Positions 47,912 to 57,812 of a stretch of 57,887 bases of DNA are shown here, in pieces. How positions within the stretch are numbered: the first letter of the stretch is position 1; every line of letters starts with the position of its first letter. The notes under the pieces were generated by a model. It had not been told where the DNA came from, searched no databases, and saw only the letters and a program-made list of their open reading frames with translations. The stretch spans positions 1-57,887 of the forward strand of contig JANNMM010000069.1 of NCBI GenBank assembly GCA_031397915.1. Direction: 5' to 3'. Position numbers and translations under genes: made by a program. This DNA comes from Rhodoferax sp. (GTDB taxonomy: Bacteria > Pseudomonadota > Gammaproteobacteria > Burkholderiales > Burkholderiaceae_C).

Positions 47912-48631
47912 TCAGTCGTCAGCTTGAATGATTTGCATCAATGCGTCTCGGTTACGGACCACCAGTCCGCCTGGTTCAATGCGGATCGCGTCTTCGCGTT
48001 CCATGGATTTCAATTCCTGGTTCACGCGCTGGCGTGAGGCGCCAAGCAATTGTGCCAACTCTTCCTGTGCCAGCTGCAGGCTGATGCGCATTTCCCGTCC
48101 GTCGGACAGGCTCGGCACGCCATAACTGCGCACCAGATGCAGCAGCTGTTTGGCCAGTCGCGCGCGCAAGGGCAGGGTGTTGAGGTCTTCGACCAGGCCA
48201 AACAATTGGCGGATGCGCCGGGATTGCAAGCGCAACATGGCTTCGTACAGCTCGGTGTGGGTGGCCAGGATTTTCCTGAAATCGGCCTTGGCCACACACA
48301 GTACGGTGGTGTCGCCGTGGGCGTAGGCGTCGTGGGTACGCCGGTCGCCGTCAAAAATGGCAACATCTCCAAACCAGATGCCCGGCTCGACGTAGGTGAG
48401 CGTGATTTGTTTGCCGGTGATGGACGTGGAGCTCACCCGCACGGCACCGCGGGCGCAGGCAATCCATTCCTCCGGCGGGTCACCCCGGGCCGCCAGCAGT
48501 TCACCGTCCTTGTAGCGTTTCACGTAGGCGCAGCGCAGTATGTCGTGGCGCAGCGACGGCGAGAGCGACGAGAACCAACGACCGGAATTGATCGCCTCAC
48601 GTTCATCGACGGTGAGGATGGGGTCAATCAT
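47912..48631 (-). CDS. Crp/Fnr-family transcriptional regulator
   Basis: 239 aa; cNMP-binding beta-roll then C-terminal HTH (QEELAQLLGASRQRVNQELKSM). Confidence 0.85.
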   Translation of the reverse strand: MIDPILTVDEREAINSGRWFSSLSPSLRHDILRCAYVKRYKDGELLAARGDPPEEWIACARGAVRVSSTSITGKQITLTYVEPGIWFGDVAIFDGDRRTHDAYAHGDTTVLCVAKADFRKILATHTELYEAMLRLQSRRIRQLFGLVEDLNTLPLRARLAKQLLHLVRSYGVPSLSDGREMRISLQLAQEELAQLLGASRQRVNQELKSMEREDAIRIEPGGLVVRNRDALMQIIQADD

Positions 48632-48649
48632 GAGGCTTATATAACCTGG

Positions 48650-49429
48650 CTAAACGTATTTTGCGGGGCGTTTTTCCAGAAACGCGGCCACACCCTCAGC
48701 GCCGTTGGCGTGGTGCAGATTGTTCACAAAGGCGTCTCGCTCCTGGGCCAGTTGGGCGCTCAAGCCTTGGGTTTGCGCGTTGATGCCGAGTGATTTCACG
48801 CTGCCGATGGCGTTGGGTGCACGCTGGTTCAGCCGCACGGCCAGCGTCAATGCGTCCTGCAAAGCCTGCCCCGAATCGGTCAGGCGGTTGACCACCCCGA
48901 GTTCATGCAGGCGAGGCGCGCCAATTTTTTCACCCAGCATCAACAACTCGTTGGCGAGCTGGGGAGGCAGCACCCGCGCCAGGTGCCAACTGCCGCCGCC
49001 ATCGGGCGACAGGGCGACACTGGTGTAGGCCATGACGAACACTGCGTCGCGTGCCGCGACGATCAAATCGCAGGTGAGGGCCAGCGAAAATCCGGCGCCT
49101 GCCGCAGCGCCTTCCACTGCGGCAATGACCGGTTTGGAGCACGCCCGGATCGCCTGCACCCAAGCGTGCAGTCTTTCAATACTCTGTTCCTGCACCGATC
49201 GTGGGCCGTTGCGGTTTTCACGAATGCGGTTGAGGTTGCCACCGGCGCAAAAGGTGGCGCCGTCACCGGTGATGATGATGCTGCGAATGGTGTCACTGGT
49301 TGCGGCGTCTTGCAGCGCTTGCATGCCCGTGGCATAAATTTCCGGGCCCAGGGCATTGCGAAACTCGGGGTTCGACAGGGTCAGCACCAGGGTTTGGCCT
49401 TGCTGGCTTATTTTCAGTTCTGCGGTCAT
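48650..49429 (-). CDS. Enoyl-CoA hydratase/isomerase family protein
   Basis: Crotonase fold (FCAGGNL..., AAVEGAAAGAGFSLALTCD); internal ATG 49429 chosen. Confidence 0.85.
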   Translation of the reverse strand: MTAELKISQQGQTLVLTLSNPEFRNALGPEIYATGMQALQDAATSDTIRSIIITGDGATFCAGGNLNRIRENRNGPRSVQEQSIERLHAWVQAIRACSKPVIAAVEGAAAGAGFSLALTCDLIVAARDAVFVMAYTSVALSPDGGGSWHLARVLPPQLANELLMLGEKIGAPRLHELGVVNRLTDSGQALQDALTLAVRLNQRAPNAIGSVKSLGINAQTQGLSAQLAQERDAFVNNLHHANGAEGVAAFLEKRPAKYV

Positions 49430-49463
49430 GCCGTTTTTCTCGGTTCTGGTGTCGGGATCAACC

Positions 49464-50987
49464 TCATTCTTCCACATGCAGCAGGCTCAGGCCAATGGCG
49501 CCGCGCCTGCGCAGCCATGGGCTCGGGCGATAACGAGGGTCGCCGTACACCGTTTGCATGTTGAACAAGACCTCCAGCACGCTGGCCGGGCCGTACAGGT
49601 TGCCCATCGCCAGCGGGCCACGCGGATAACCCAGGCCCAGGGTGACGGCTGTTTCAAGATCGGCGGGTGAGCAAATGCCCTGCTGGCAAATGTCGGAGGC
49701 GATGTTGACGATGGTCGCCACCACGCGCTGAGTGACAAACCCTGCGCTGTCCCGGATAACACTCACCGCTTTTCCGTCGCGTGCCATCAAGGCGTGAGCG
49801 GCATTGCGCATGTCGGGGCGTGTAGCGGGGTTTGTCGCCAGGACGCGCCGCTTGGTGGCTGCGTCGTCAATCAGCATGTCGATGCCTACTGTGCGGCTTG
49901 GGTCTAGCCGGTCGACCACTGCCACCGTGGTGACATCAAACCCTAAAGGAGCGACCAGCGTGAGGGCCGATTCGCTTGGCAATGCGCCGGTTTCAATTTT
50001 TGCGCCAAGGTTTTTCAGCAGATGCAACAGTTCAACCCGACGTGTCGCCCTGGGTGACACCCAGACTGGAGGCAACTCGTCGACCACCGGCGCGACTGCT
50101 TCGACGGATAGTTGCTGGACACCGTTGACATACTGGTAGAAGCCTTCGCCTGACTTGCGGCCCACCATGCCACCCGCCAGGCGCTGGGCTGTGATCACGC
50201 TGGGACGGTAACGCGGCTCCTCGTAATATTGGTGGTAAATCGACTCCATCACCGGGTGTGACACATCCAGAGCGGTCAGGTCCATCAGCTCGAACGGCCC
50301 AAGTTTGAAGCCCGCCTGGTCTTTCAGGATGCGGTCAATAGTGGCGAAATCCGCCACGCCTTCATTCACAACGCGCAACGCCTCGGTGCCGTAACCACGG
50401 CCGGCGTGGTTGACAATGAAGCCGGGCGTGTCTTGCGCCTGGACGGGGGTATGGCCCATTTGACGGGCATAAGCTGACAAGCGGTCACAGACCCGGGTGT
50501 CGGTTTTCAGGCCGGCAATTACCTCCACCACTTTCATCAGCGGAACCGGGTTGAAAAAATGAAATCCGGCCAGGCGCTCTGGGTGCTTGAGTTGGGCGGC
50601 AAGCGCGGTCACCGAAAGGGACGAGGTGTTGCTGGCCACGATCGCGTCGACGCGCAGCAGGCTTTCGAGCTCGGCAAACAGGGCTTGCTTCAAATCCAGA
50701 CGCTCGACGATGGCCTCGATCACCAGGTCACAGTGAGCAAGGGCCGCCAGGGAAGAGGCGCAACTCAAACGCGCTTTGCAGTCCGAAAGCTGATCCGCGG
50801 CAAGGCGGCCTTTTTCTGCCATCTTCTCCCATTGGCTGTAAATGGCCTGCAAGGCATTCAAGGCAGCTCCCGGTTGCATGTCATACAGCAAGACCGAGCT
50901 GCCAGACTGGGCCGCGATTTGCGCAATACCGCGACCCATGGCGCCTGTACCAACGATGCCGGTCAATTGAAAAATGGGGGATAGCAT
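49464..50987 (-). CDS. 3-hydroxyacyl-CoA dehydrogenase (NAD-binding domain plus duplicated C-terminal domain)
   Basis: GIVGTGAMGRGIAQ Rossmann motif from ATG 50987; ~507 aa. Confidence 0.87.
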   Translation of the reverse strand: MLSPIFQLTGIVGTGAMGRGIAQIAAQSGSSVLLYDMQPGAALNALQAIYSQWEKMAEKGRLAADQLSDCKARLSCASSLAALAHCDLVIEAIVERLDLKQALFAELESLLRVDAIVASNTSSLSVTALAAQLKHPERLAGFHFFNPVPLMKVVEVIAGLKTDTRVCDRLSAYARQMGHTPVQAQDTPGFIVNHAGRGYGTEALRVVNEGVADFATIDRILKDQAGFKLGPFELMDLTALDVSHPVMESIYHQYYEEPRYRPSVITAQRLAGGMVGRKSGEGFYQYVNGVQQLSVEAVAPVVDELPPVWVSPRATRRVELLHLLKNLGAKIETGALPSESALTLVAPLGFDVTTVAVVDRLDPSRTVGIDMLIDDAATKRRVLATNPATRPDMRNAAHALMARDGKAVSVIRDSAGFVTQRVVATIVNIASDICQQGICSPADLETAVTLGLGYPRGPLAMGNLYGPASVLEVLFNMQTVYGDPRYRPSPWLRRRGAIGLSLLHVEE

Positions 50988-51151
50988 TCGGTGATTATCA
51001 CGGACTCGGATTGCCTGCAAGGCCCTGGCGGCCAGCTGCGTTTGGGCGCCAGCGCAGGGATTGCCGGCCTAAATTAGTTTTTACCCTAGGGCGCACATCA
51101 CGGGATAGGCAATTTTTTGAGCGAGAATAATCCCAATCAATTGGACACATC

Positions 51152-53398
51152 GTGAAAACTCGAAGAAAAATATTTGCTGTTCTTCTGTTGGGCGTGGCGT
51201 TCAACAGCGCCGCTTTGACGCTGGGGCGAGTACGTGGTGCGGCGATCGTCGGCCAACCCCTTGACATAACGGTTCAGGCGCAAATCTCTGGCGATGAAAC
51301 TCCCGGTTCACTGTGCGCCGAAGCCGACGTGTTCCATGCCGACGCGCGCCAGGAGCCGTCGCGCGTTCGCGTCACGGTGGAAGGTGCGGCCCAACAAACG
51401 GCAAATATACGGGTGACCTCATCGACGCCCGTCGACGAGCCGATGGTCACCATTTACCTCAAGGCCGGTTGCAGCCAGAAAATCACGCGCCGCTACGTCA
51501 TGCTGGCTGATGTTCCGACCGAGCCGATGCCTCAGGTTCTGCCCAGCCTTCCTGTGATTGCAGCGCCTGTCGCGTCTGCTGCGCCAGCCGCGTCTGCACC
51601 ATCGCCGTCTGCGGCAGCCGGTTCTGGCGAGTCGGGCACCAATTTGAGCGCAGCCCAGACGTCACCGCCGCCGGCCGGCGTCGCACCTGCGCAGGCGTCC
51701 AGTCCGGTGCGCAAGCGCCCTGCGGTACCGGTCAAGCCGCGCCCGGCGGCTGTTAAAAAGCCAGTAGCAAAACCAGTGGTTGTTGCCAAACCCGAGGCGC
51801 CACCGCCGGTTGTCAAAAAGGAAGAGCCAGTAGCGCCGCCCAAAGAGGCTGCGGGTTCCTCACCGGCCAAGGCAAAAATTGAAGAAAAACCGGTTGCGGC
51901 GGAGCAGGCCGGCCAGTCCAGGTTGAAGCTTGACCCCATGCTCAGCCTGGCCGAACGCGTGACGACGCTCGAAGCGAGTGCCAGTGCGCCAACGCCCGAT
52001 GCAGCGCGGGATGCGCAACGTGTTCAAACCCTCGAAGAAAGCGTCAAAACGCTGGTTGCATTGGCTGCCAAAAACGAAGCCAGCATGCTTGAGATGCGCA
52101 ACCGCCTGCAAAAGGCCGAAGCCGAACGTGGCGTTCCGATGGCCTGGCTTTATGGTTTGGGTGCACTCTCACTGGCCTGTTTGGCCGGACTTGGCTATCT
52201 GTTGTTGCGGCAACGGAATGGTGAAGCCCGGGGCGAACGGGACGACTGGTGGAGTCCGTCAAAGTCGGCGCCTACCAGCGTTGCGCAAAGACGGGACGCA
52301 GTGACAGCTCCGCCGTCCGGTCTGGGGGGCCTGCAAGATGAAGCTGCGGCAACCATTGCCACGAATCCACCGAAACGAACCGCTGTAAGGGCGCTGGCTG
52401 ATGACAATCCTGAGTCGGAAATGGACGTCAGCCTGGTGGAAATGAGCGAGTCGAATTTTGACAACCTCATGCGCTCAGGGCAAGCCCACGGTGCGTTACG
52501 CAAAGGTCCGCTGCCGCCGGCAACCGACATGGCGTCTACCCGCGTGCAGCCGATGGAGATTGCGCGCACCATCAACTCTGAGCAGATTTTTGACATCCGT
52601 CAGCAGGCTGCGTTTTTTGTGTCATTGGGCCAGACCGACCAGGCGGTGCGCATTCTGGAGAACAGCATCAACGAACGGGGTGAATCCAGCCCGCTTTTGT
52701 ACCTTGACCTGCTGGAAATTTTTCAGTCTCTGGGATTAAAGCAGGATTACCACCAGTTCCGCGAAGACTTCAACCTCTTGTTCAACAGCCGAGTCCCTGA
52801 GTACGCTGATTTCCACAACGAAGGCCGCTCCCTGGAAGAGTACCCGCACGTCTTGGCCCACATCACTGCGTTATGGCCGACCGTCAAGGCCCAAATGGTG
52901 ATTGAGGCGTCGATTTTCCGTGATCCGCTGGATGACAAGAGCAAACCCTTCGAGCTGGCCGCATTCCGTGACCTGTTGCTGCTGCATGCCGTTGCGCAAA
53001 GCAACACGCGTGGCGACAGCGGTGTTTCAGGCCTCGCGCCGCTCAGCACGGTTCCTGTCAACTTGCAGCCGCCTTCGATGGCGTCGCCGGTGGTCGACAT
53101 GGGGGTTGATATCGCCCTGGACGTTGAAAATAGCAAGATGCCGCCGATGCCTCCCGCCGGGACCGGCCTTGACCTTGACCTGTCCGATTTGGTGGGGCTT
53201 GAACCCGGCGCGGTTGATTCCGGAAAAAGTGACGAAGAGACTGAATTCCCCAATCTGATGACCGGTCCGTCGCCGCTTCCCAGTTTGAAACGAGAGCCCA
53301 AGGCAACCCAGGTGGTGCAGGACAACCATTACCTTGACTTCGACAAAAACCCGACCATGCGGTATACCCTGCCAAAGTCGAAGGATCCGCAGGAATAA
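51152..53398 (+). CDS. FimV/HubP-like protein
   Basis: 748 aa, GTG start; signal peptide, FimV-N-like LTLGRVRGAAIVGQPLDITV, long Pro/Ala/Lys-rich linker, coiled coil, one TM (WLYGLGALSLACLAGLGYLLL), TPR-like C-terminal region. Confidence 0.7.
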   Translation: MKTRRKIFAVLLLGVAFNSAALTLGRVRGAAIVGQPLDITVQAQISGDETPGSLCAEADVFHADARQEPSRVRVTVEGAAQQTANIRVTSSTPVDEPMVTIYLKAGCSQKITRRYVMLADVPTEPMPQVLPSLPVIAAPVASAAPAASAPSPSAAAGSGESGTNLSAAQTSPPPAGVAPAQASSPVRKRPAVPVKPRPAAVKKPVAKPVVVAKPEAPPPVVKKEEPVAPPKEAAGSSPAKAKIEEKPVAAEQAGQSRLKLDPMLSLAERVTTLEASASAPTPDAARDAQRVQTLEESVKTLVALAAKNEASMLEMRNRLQKAEAERGVPMAWLYGLGALSLACLAGLGYLLLRQRNGEARGERDDWWSPSKSAPTSVAQRRDAVTAPPSGLGGLQDEAAATIATNPPKRTAVRALADDNPESEMDVSLVEMSESNFDNLMRSGQAHGALRKGPLPPATDMASTRVQPMEIARTINSEQIFDIRQQAAFFVSLGQTDQAVRILENSINERGESSPLLYLDLLEIFQSLGLKQDYHQFREDFNLLFNSRVPEYADFHNEGRSLEEYPHVLAHITALWPTVKAQMVIEASIFRDPLDDKSKPFELAAFRDLLLLHAVAQSNTRGDSGVSGLAPLSTVPVNLQPPSMASPVVDMGVDIALDVENSKMPPMPPAGTGLDLDLSDLVGLEPGAVDSGKSDEETEFPNLMTGPSPLPSLKREPKATQVVQDNHYLDFDKNPTMRYTLPKSKDPQE

Positions 53399-53447
53399 AC
53401 CCTCAGTGGACAGGGACCGGTAAACCCGGACAGGCTCGCCGTAGCCG

Positions 53448-54455
53448 TCAGCGGCGAACCTGCAATGCCTCGGGGTTGACGATGTTGGTTGGCGTACCCG
53501 TGATGAAGTCAACCACGCTTTGAAAAGCTGAACTGAAATACAGCTCGAAACTGTCCTGCTCCACGTAACCGATGTGCGGAGTGCAGATGCAGTTCTCTAG
53601 CCTCAACAGCGCATGCCCCTGCAAAATGGGCTCGTTTTCGAACACATCAATGGCCGCCAGGCCGGGACGCCCGCGGTTCAGCCCGGTAATCAGTGCGTCT
53701 GGCTCGATGAGCTCGGCGCGGGAGGTATTGACCAGCAGTGACGTGGGCTTCATGCATGCCAGGTCTTCGTGAGTGACGCAATGGCGGGTGGCGTCATTGA
53801 GGCGCAGGTGCAAAGACAAAACCTCACTCTGCGCAAAAAATGCTTCACGGCTCGTAGCAGCCTGGTAGCCACTGAGGACCGCACGCTCCATCGAAGCCTC
53901 ACGGCCCCAAACCACGACGTTCATGCCAAATGCCTTGCCATACCCTGCAACGATCTGGCCAATTCTGCCAAACCCCCAAATGCCAAGCGTCTTTCCATGC
54001 AACACCGTGCCAAGACCAAAATTTGGAGGCATGGAGCCGGCTTTCAGCCCCGACTGCTGCCAAGCGCCGTGTTTGAGATTGCCGATGTATTGCGGCAGGC
54101 GCCGCACGGAAGCCAACACCAGCGCCCAGGTGAGTTCTGCCGTCGAAACGGGTGAGCCCGCACCGTCGGCTACTGCAACACCGCGGTCTGTGCAGGCGGC
54201 CACGTCGATATGTCCGCCGACCCGCCCGGTCTGGACAATCAATTTGAGGCGCGGCAATTTGTCGATCAGCGCCCGCGTTATTTGTGTGCGTTCGCGGATC
54301 AGCACCACCACGTCCGCGTCTTTCAGGCGAATTGACAACTGGCCCAGGCCTTTAACGGTGTTGGTGTAGACCTTGGCGGCGAACGGCTCAAGTATGGTCG
54401 CGCAGGCCAATTTCCTGACGGCGTCCTGATAGTCATCCAAAATCACAATATTCAT
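53448..54455 (-). CDS. D-isomer-specific 2-hydroxyacid dehydrogenase family protein
   Basis: GIWGFGRIGQIVA NAD-binding motif, catalytic R/E/H region (TPHIGY); internal ATG 54455 chosen. Confidence 0.85.
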   Translation of the reverse strand: MNIVILDDYQDAVRKLACATILEPFAAKVYTNTVKGLGQLSIRLKDADVVVLIRERTQITRALIDKLPRLKLIVQTGRVGGHIDVAACTDRGVAVADGAGSPVSTAELTWALVLASVRRLPQYIGNLKHGAWQQSGLKAGSMPPNFGLGTVLHGKTLGIWGFGRIGQIVAGYGKAFGMNVVVWGREASMERAVLSGYQAATSREAFFAQSEVLSLHLRLNDATRHCVTHEDLACMKPTSLLVNTSRAELIEPDALITGLNRGRPGLAAIDVFENEPILQGHALLRLENCICTPHIGYVEQDSFELYFSSAFQSVVDFITGTPTNIVNPEALQVRR

Positions 54456-54535
54456 GCCGCTATTGTGCCTTGACACATTGCAGCAAGGATGCGGTTAGCA
54501 TCAGCCTCTTTGAACAATTTCCCGGAACCAAAACC

Positions 54536-55051
54536 ATGTCAATTTCGATGTCGTCGGCCTGCCTTCCCGTATGTGTTTCCATGTTGGGTAACCTGAGCCA
54601 CATGCTGGACAAGATGCAGTCTTTTATCGATGAAAAGAAGTGCGAGCCTACCGCCTTGCTGCATTACCGGCTGGCGCCTGACATGTTGCCCTTTACGCGG
54701 CAGGTTTTGATCGCATGTGATGCCGCGAAAAATGGCGTGGCCCGTATCTCGGGTGTTGAAGCGCCCAAATTCGATGACACCGAGACCACAGTGGCCGAAC
54801 TCAAGGCGCGCATCCAGAAAACAATTGGTTATTTAGACGCCGTGCCGATTGACCGGCTCGATGGCACCGAACTCAAGGAAATCACCTTCCCGGTTGGCCC
54901 GCAGACGCGCACGATGCAAGGTGAAGCCTATTTGAATCGTTGGGTGCTGCCCAACATGTATTTCCACATCAATGCCGCTTACATGATCCTGCGCCACAAC
55001 GGCGTGGCCCTGGGCAAGCGCGACTACCTGATGGGGGCAGCCTCAGCCTGA
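54536..55051 (+). CDS. DUF1993-like protein
   Basis: 171 aa from ATG 54536; helical-bundle-type sequence recalled as DUF1993 (LAPDMLPFTRQV...FHINAAYMILRHNGVALGKRDYLG). Confidence 0.65.
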   Translation: MSISMSSACLPVCVSMLGNLSHMLDKMQSFIDEKKCEPTALLHYRLAPDMLPFTRQVLIACDAAKNGVARISGVEAPKFDDTETTVAELKARIQKTIGYLDAVPIDRLDGTELKEITFPVGPQTRTMQGEAYLNRWVLPNMYFHINAAYMILRHNGVALGKRDYLMGAASA

Positions 55052-55082
55052 GCGCGGCAAAAAAGCTTTGGCGATTCGCGGC

Positions 55083-55478
55083 TCAATGGAGGGCCGCTTC
55101 GCGAGCGGCAAGCCGGTCAAGTTCGGCGCAAACGTCTGCCATGCGGCCGCTGATCACCATGCGGCCCACGCTGGCGGGCGCTTGCCCTGATTCTGTCACC
55201 CGCAACACGCGCACCGTGTTGACACGGGCACGAGCAACAACGATGTCATCGCAATACGGGCGTGCCACCGTTGCAGGGATGGCAGGTGTGGGCGCGGCAC
55301 TTCGTACCTGGCGCAAACTTGTGCGCTGCATCGGCGGCACATTGTTCGCCGACCCGTGTGCCAGCCAGCGTGCCATGCCGCCGATCAGGTTGTGCAGCGA
55401 CCGCGGAGCCGCACCAGCGACGATGCCAGGGCCAACAGGTGAGCCTGAACCCAAGGCCGTTTGACAAGCAGTGTTCAT
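55083..55478 (-). CDS. Hypothetical protein immediately downstream of lexA
   Basis: 131 aa; ATG 55478 preceded by GGGAGA; 13 bp after the lexA stop, same strand; no family recognised. Confidence 0.6.
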   Translation of the reverse strand: MNTACQTALGSGSPVGPGIVAGAAPRSLHNLIGGMARWLAHGSANNVPPMQRTSLRQVRSAAPTPAIPATVARPYCDDIVVARARVNTVRVLRVTESGQAPASVGRMVISGRMADVCAELDRLAAREAALH

Positions 55479-55491
55479 GTCAATTCTCCCG

Positions 55492-56178
55492 TTACATCAG
55501 CATGGTGTTGCGGATCAGGCCGACCGCCAGGCCTTCAATTTCAAAGGCTTCACCGGGCTCAACCACGATCGTCTGGTAGTCGGGGTTTTCCGGGTGAAGT
55601 TCGATCAGGTGTTTGTTGCGTTTGAAGCGTTTCACGGTGACTTCATCGCCCAGGCGCGCCACCACAATCTGGCCATTTTTGGCGTCTTTCGTGGCCTGCA
55701 CGGCCAGCAGGTCGCCGTCCATGATGCCGGCGTCGCGCATGGACATGCCACGCACCTTGAGCAGGTAGTCGGGCTTGCGCTGGAACAAACTGTTTTCAAC
55801 GTAATAGGTTTGATCAACATGTTCTTGTGCGAGGATCGGCGAGCCGGCAGCGACGCGGCCGATCAAGGGCAAGGCCAGTTGTGCCAGGCTCTGCAGCGGC
55901 AACGAGAACTGCTTGAAGCGGGTTTCGTTGATGGCGCGCAGGGCATCACTCTTGAGCCGAATGCCCCGCGAGGTGCCGCTGACCAGCTCGATGACGCCCT
56001 TTCTAGCCAGCGCCTGCAAGTGCTCTTCTGCGGCATTGGCGGACTTGAACCCCAGCTCAGAGGCGATCTCTGCCCGTGTGGGCGGCGCACCGGTGCGGGC
56101 GATTGCGCTTTGGATCAGATCAAGTATCTGCTGCTGGCGCGCGGTGAGTTTCACTTGAAGGCTGGGCAATTCAATCAT
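55492..56178 (-). CDS. lexA: LexA repressor
   Basis: 228 aa; N-terminal winged HTH ([13 protein letters not shown]...), cleavage-site region and S24 peptidase ([11 protein letters not shown]...VVARL..EVTVKR). Confidence 0.95.
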   Translation of the reverse strand: MIELPSLQVKLTARQQQILDLIQSAIARTGAPPTRAEIASELGFKSANAAEEHLQALARKGVIELVSGTSRGIRLKSDALRAINETRFKQFSLPLQSLAQLALPLIGRVAAGSPILAQEHVDQTYYVENSLFQRKPDYLLKVRGMSMRDAGIMDGDLLAVQATKDAKNGQIVVARLGDEVTVKRFKRNKHLIELHPENPDYQTIVVEPGEAFEIEGLAVGLIRNTMLM

Positions 56179-56243
56179 GTCGGCTCCTGAAGTTCAGCGT
56201 CTGGATGGTTGACAATTTGCTTTTGCCACTTTGGTGGGAAAAC

Positions 56244-56278
56244 CTGTCTTAATACCCAGTAACTGTATTTTTAACCAG
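56244..56278 (-). promoter_or_regulatory. Two tandem LexA (SOS) boxes
   Basis: CTGT-N8-CCAG at 56244-56259 and 56263-56278. In lexA sense they read TACTGGGTATTAAGACAGGT and AACTGGTTAAAAATACAGTT, against consensus TACTGT-N8-ACAGTA. Confidence 0.65.
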
Positions 56279-56283
56279 TTTCA

Positions 56284-57321
56284 ATGGCAATGCAAGCAAT
56301 TCCTGAAAATAAATCAAAAACAGTTGCTGTTTTGGGCACTGGGGGCACGATTGCTGGAACTGCTTTGAGCGGCGCCAGCGGTCAAGACGGCAACCTGGCC
56401 TATGTCTCTGCCCAGTTGGGCGTACAGGCGCTGCTGGCGGCCGTCCCTGGCCTGGCTGACCTGTCGATCAACCTACAGTCCGAGCAAGTGGCGCAACTGG
56501 ACAGCAAGGACATGGGATTTGACGAATGGCAGCACTTGGCATTGCGTACGGCGCATCACCTGTCACAGCCAGACGTGCTGGGTGTTGTGATCACCCATGG
56601 CACTGACACACTCGAGGAAACGGCGTATTTCCTAGATTGCGTCTTGCCGGCCCACTTGCTGGTTGACAAGCCCGTGGTGATCACCTGTGCCATGCGGCCG
56701 GCCACATCCTCTGAGGCGGACGGACCACAAAACCTGGCGGATGCCGTCAAGGTCGCCATCGAGCCGGGTGCCTGTGGCGTGGTGGCAGTCTGCGCCGGGC
56801 AGATTCATTCAGCCCGGCATGTACAAAAAGTCCACACCTACCGGCTTGACGCGTTTGACTCGGGTGACGCAGGACCACTGGGGCGGGTGATGGGCGGGAA
56901 AGTCCTGATGGCCAAGGTTTGGCCGAAGCCCGGGATGGCGACACCCACAGACTTTGAATGGGGCCGGGCAGACAGGCCCTTGTTGTGGCCAAGGGTGGAA
57001 ATCGTGATGAGCCACGCTGGCGCGAACGGCCAGACGGTTGACGCAATGTTGGCGTGTCAATCCGAATCGGGGGCCTCACCGGTAATGGGCATTGTGGTGG
57101 CGGGCAGTGGCAACGGCACGGTGCATCGGAGCCTGCAAGCCGTGCTGGTAAGGGCGCAGGACGCGGGCATCCGCGTTTGGCGCGCCACACGTTGTGCCTA
57201 TGGTGCCGTGCAGAGCGTGCCGGGCCAGGTGCTGCAGGAGGTTACCAGCCTGTCCCCGGTGAAAGCGCGCATCGCGCTGGCTTTGGCCCTGTTGCCGTCG
57301 ACAGACCCCTCCAATCGCTGA
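56284..57321 (+). CDS. L-asparaginase
   Basis: 345 aa; catalytic TGGTIAGT motif near the N-terminus, HGTDTLEETA. Confidence 0.88.
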   Translation: MAMQAIPENKSKTVAVLGTGGTIAGTALSGASGQDGNLAYVSAQLGVQALLAAVPGLADLSINLQSEQVAQLDSKDMGFDEWQHLALRTAHHLSQPDVLGVVITHGTDTLEETAYFLDCVLPAHLLVDKPVVITCAMRPATSSEADGPQNLADAVKVAIEPGACGVVAVCAGQIHSARHVQKVHTYRLDAFDSGDAGPLGRVMGGKVLMAKVWPKPGMATPTDFEWGRADRPLLWPRVEIVMSHAGANGQTVDAMLACQSESGASPVMGIVVAGSGNGTVHRSLQAVLVRAQDAGIRVWRATRCAYGAVQSVPGQVLQEVTSLSPVKARIALALALLPSTDPSNR

Positions 57322-57336
57322 AGGCGGCAACTGGCC

Positions 57337-57756
57337 ATGTTTACCGGTATCCAGCTTTCGCCATGGGCTTATCCGACGCTCGAAATTGTTCACATTGTTG
57401 GCATTGCTTTGTTGCTGGGAAACCTGGTTTTGCTGGAACTTCGCGTGTTTGGAAAAGGGCGGGCGCTGCCGGTGGCCGACTTGTCGCGCCTGGGCTTGAC
57501 GCTGGTCGCCATCGGTTTCAGCTTGGCGGCGTTGTCTGGCACCTTGATGTTCGCCACGCAACCAAACGAATTGCTGGCCAACCGGGCTTTCACCATCAAG
57601 CTTGTGTTGTTATTGCTGGCGAGTATCAACGCGGTGATTTTCCATTCGCGAAAATCACTGGAGAAACTGGACACCACGGCCAAGGCCCTCATGCTGACGT
57701 CTACCTTGATCTGGCTCGGTGTGATCGCCTGCGGGCGCTGGATCGCCTATTTATGA
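57337..57756 (+). CDS. Hypothetical integral membrane protein
   Basis: 139 aa, 4 predicted TM helices. Confidence 0.6.
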   Translation: MFTGIQLSPWAYPTLEIVHIVGIALLLGNLVLLELRVFGKGRALPVADLSRLGLTLVAIGFSLAALSGTLMFATQPNELLANRAFTIKLVLLLLASINAVIFHSRKSLEKLDTTAKALMLTSTLIWLGVIACGRWIAYL

Positions 57757-57812
57757 AACCTGTTCCCAGTGACCTAAAACCCTTTTCAGTACCCTCAATG
57801 AAGGAGCCTTTC

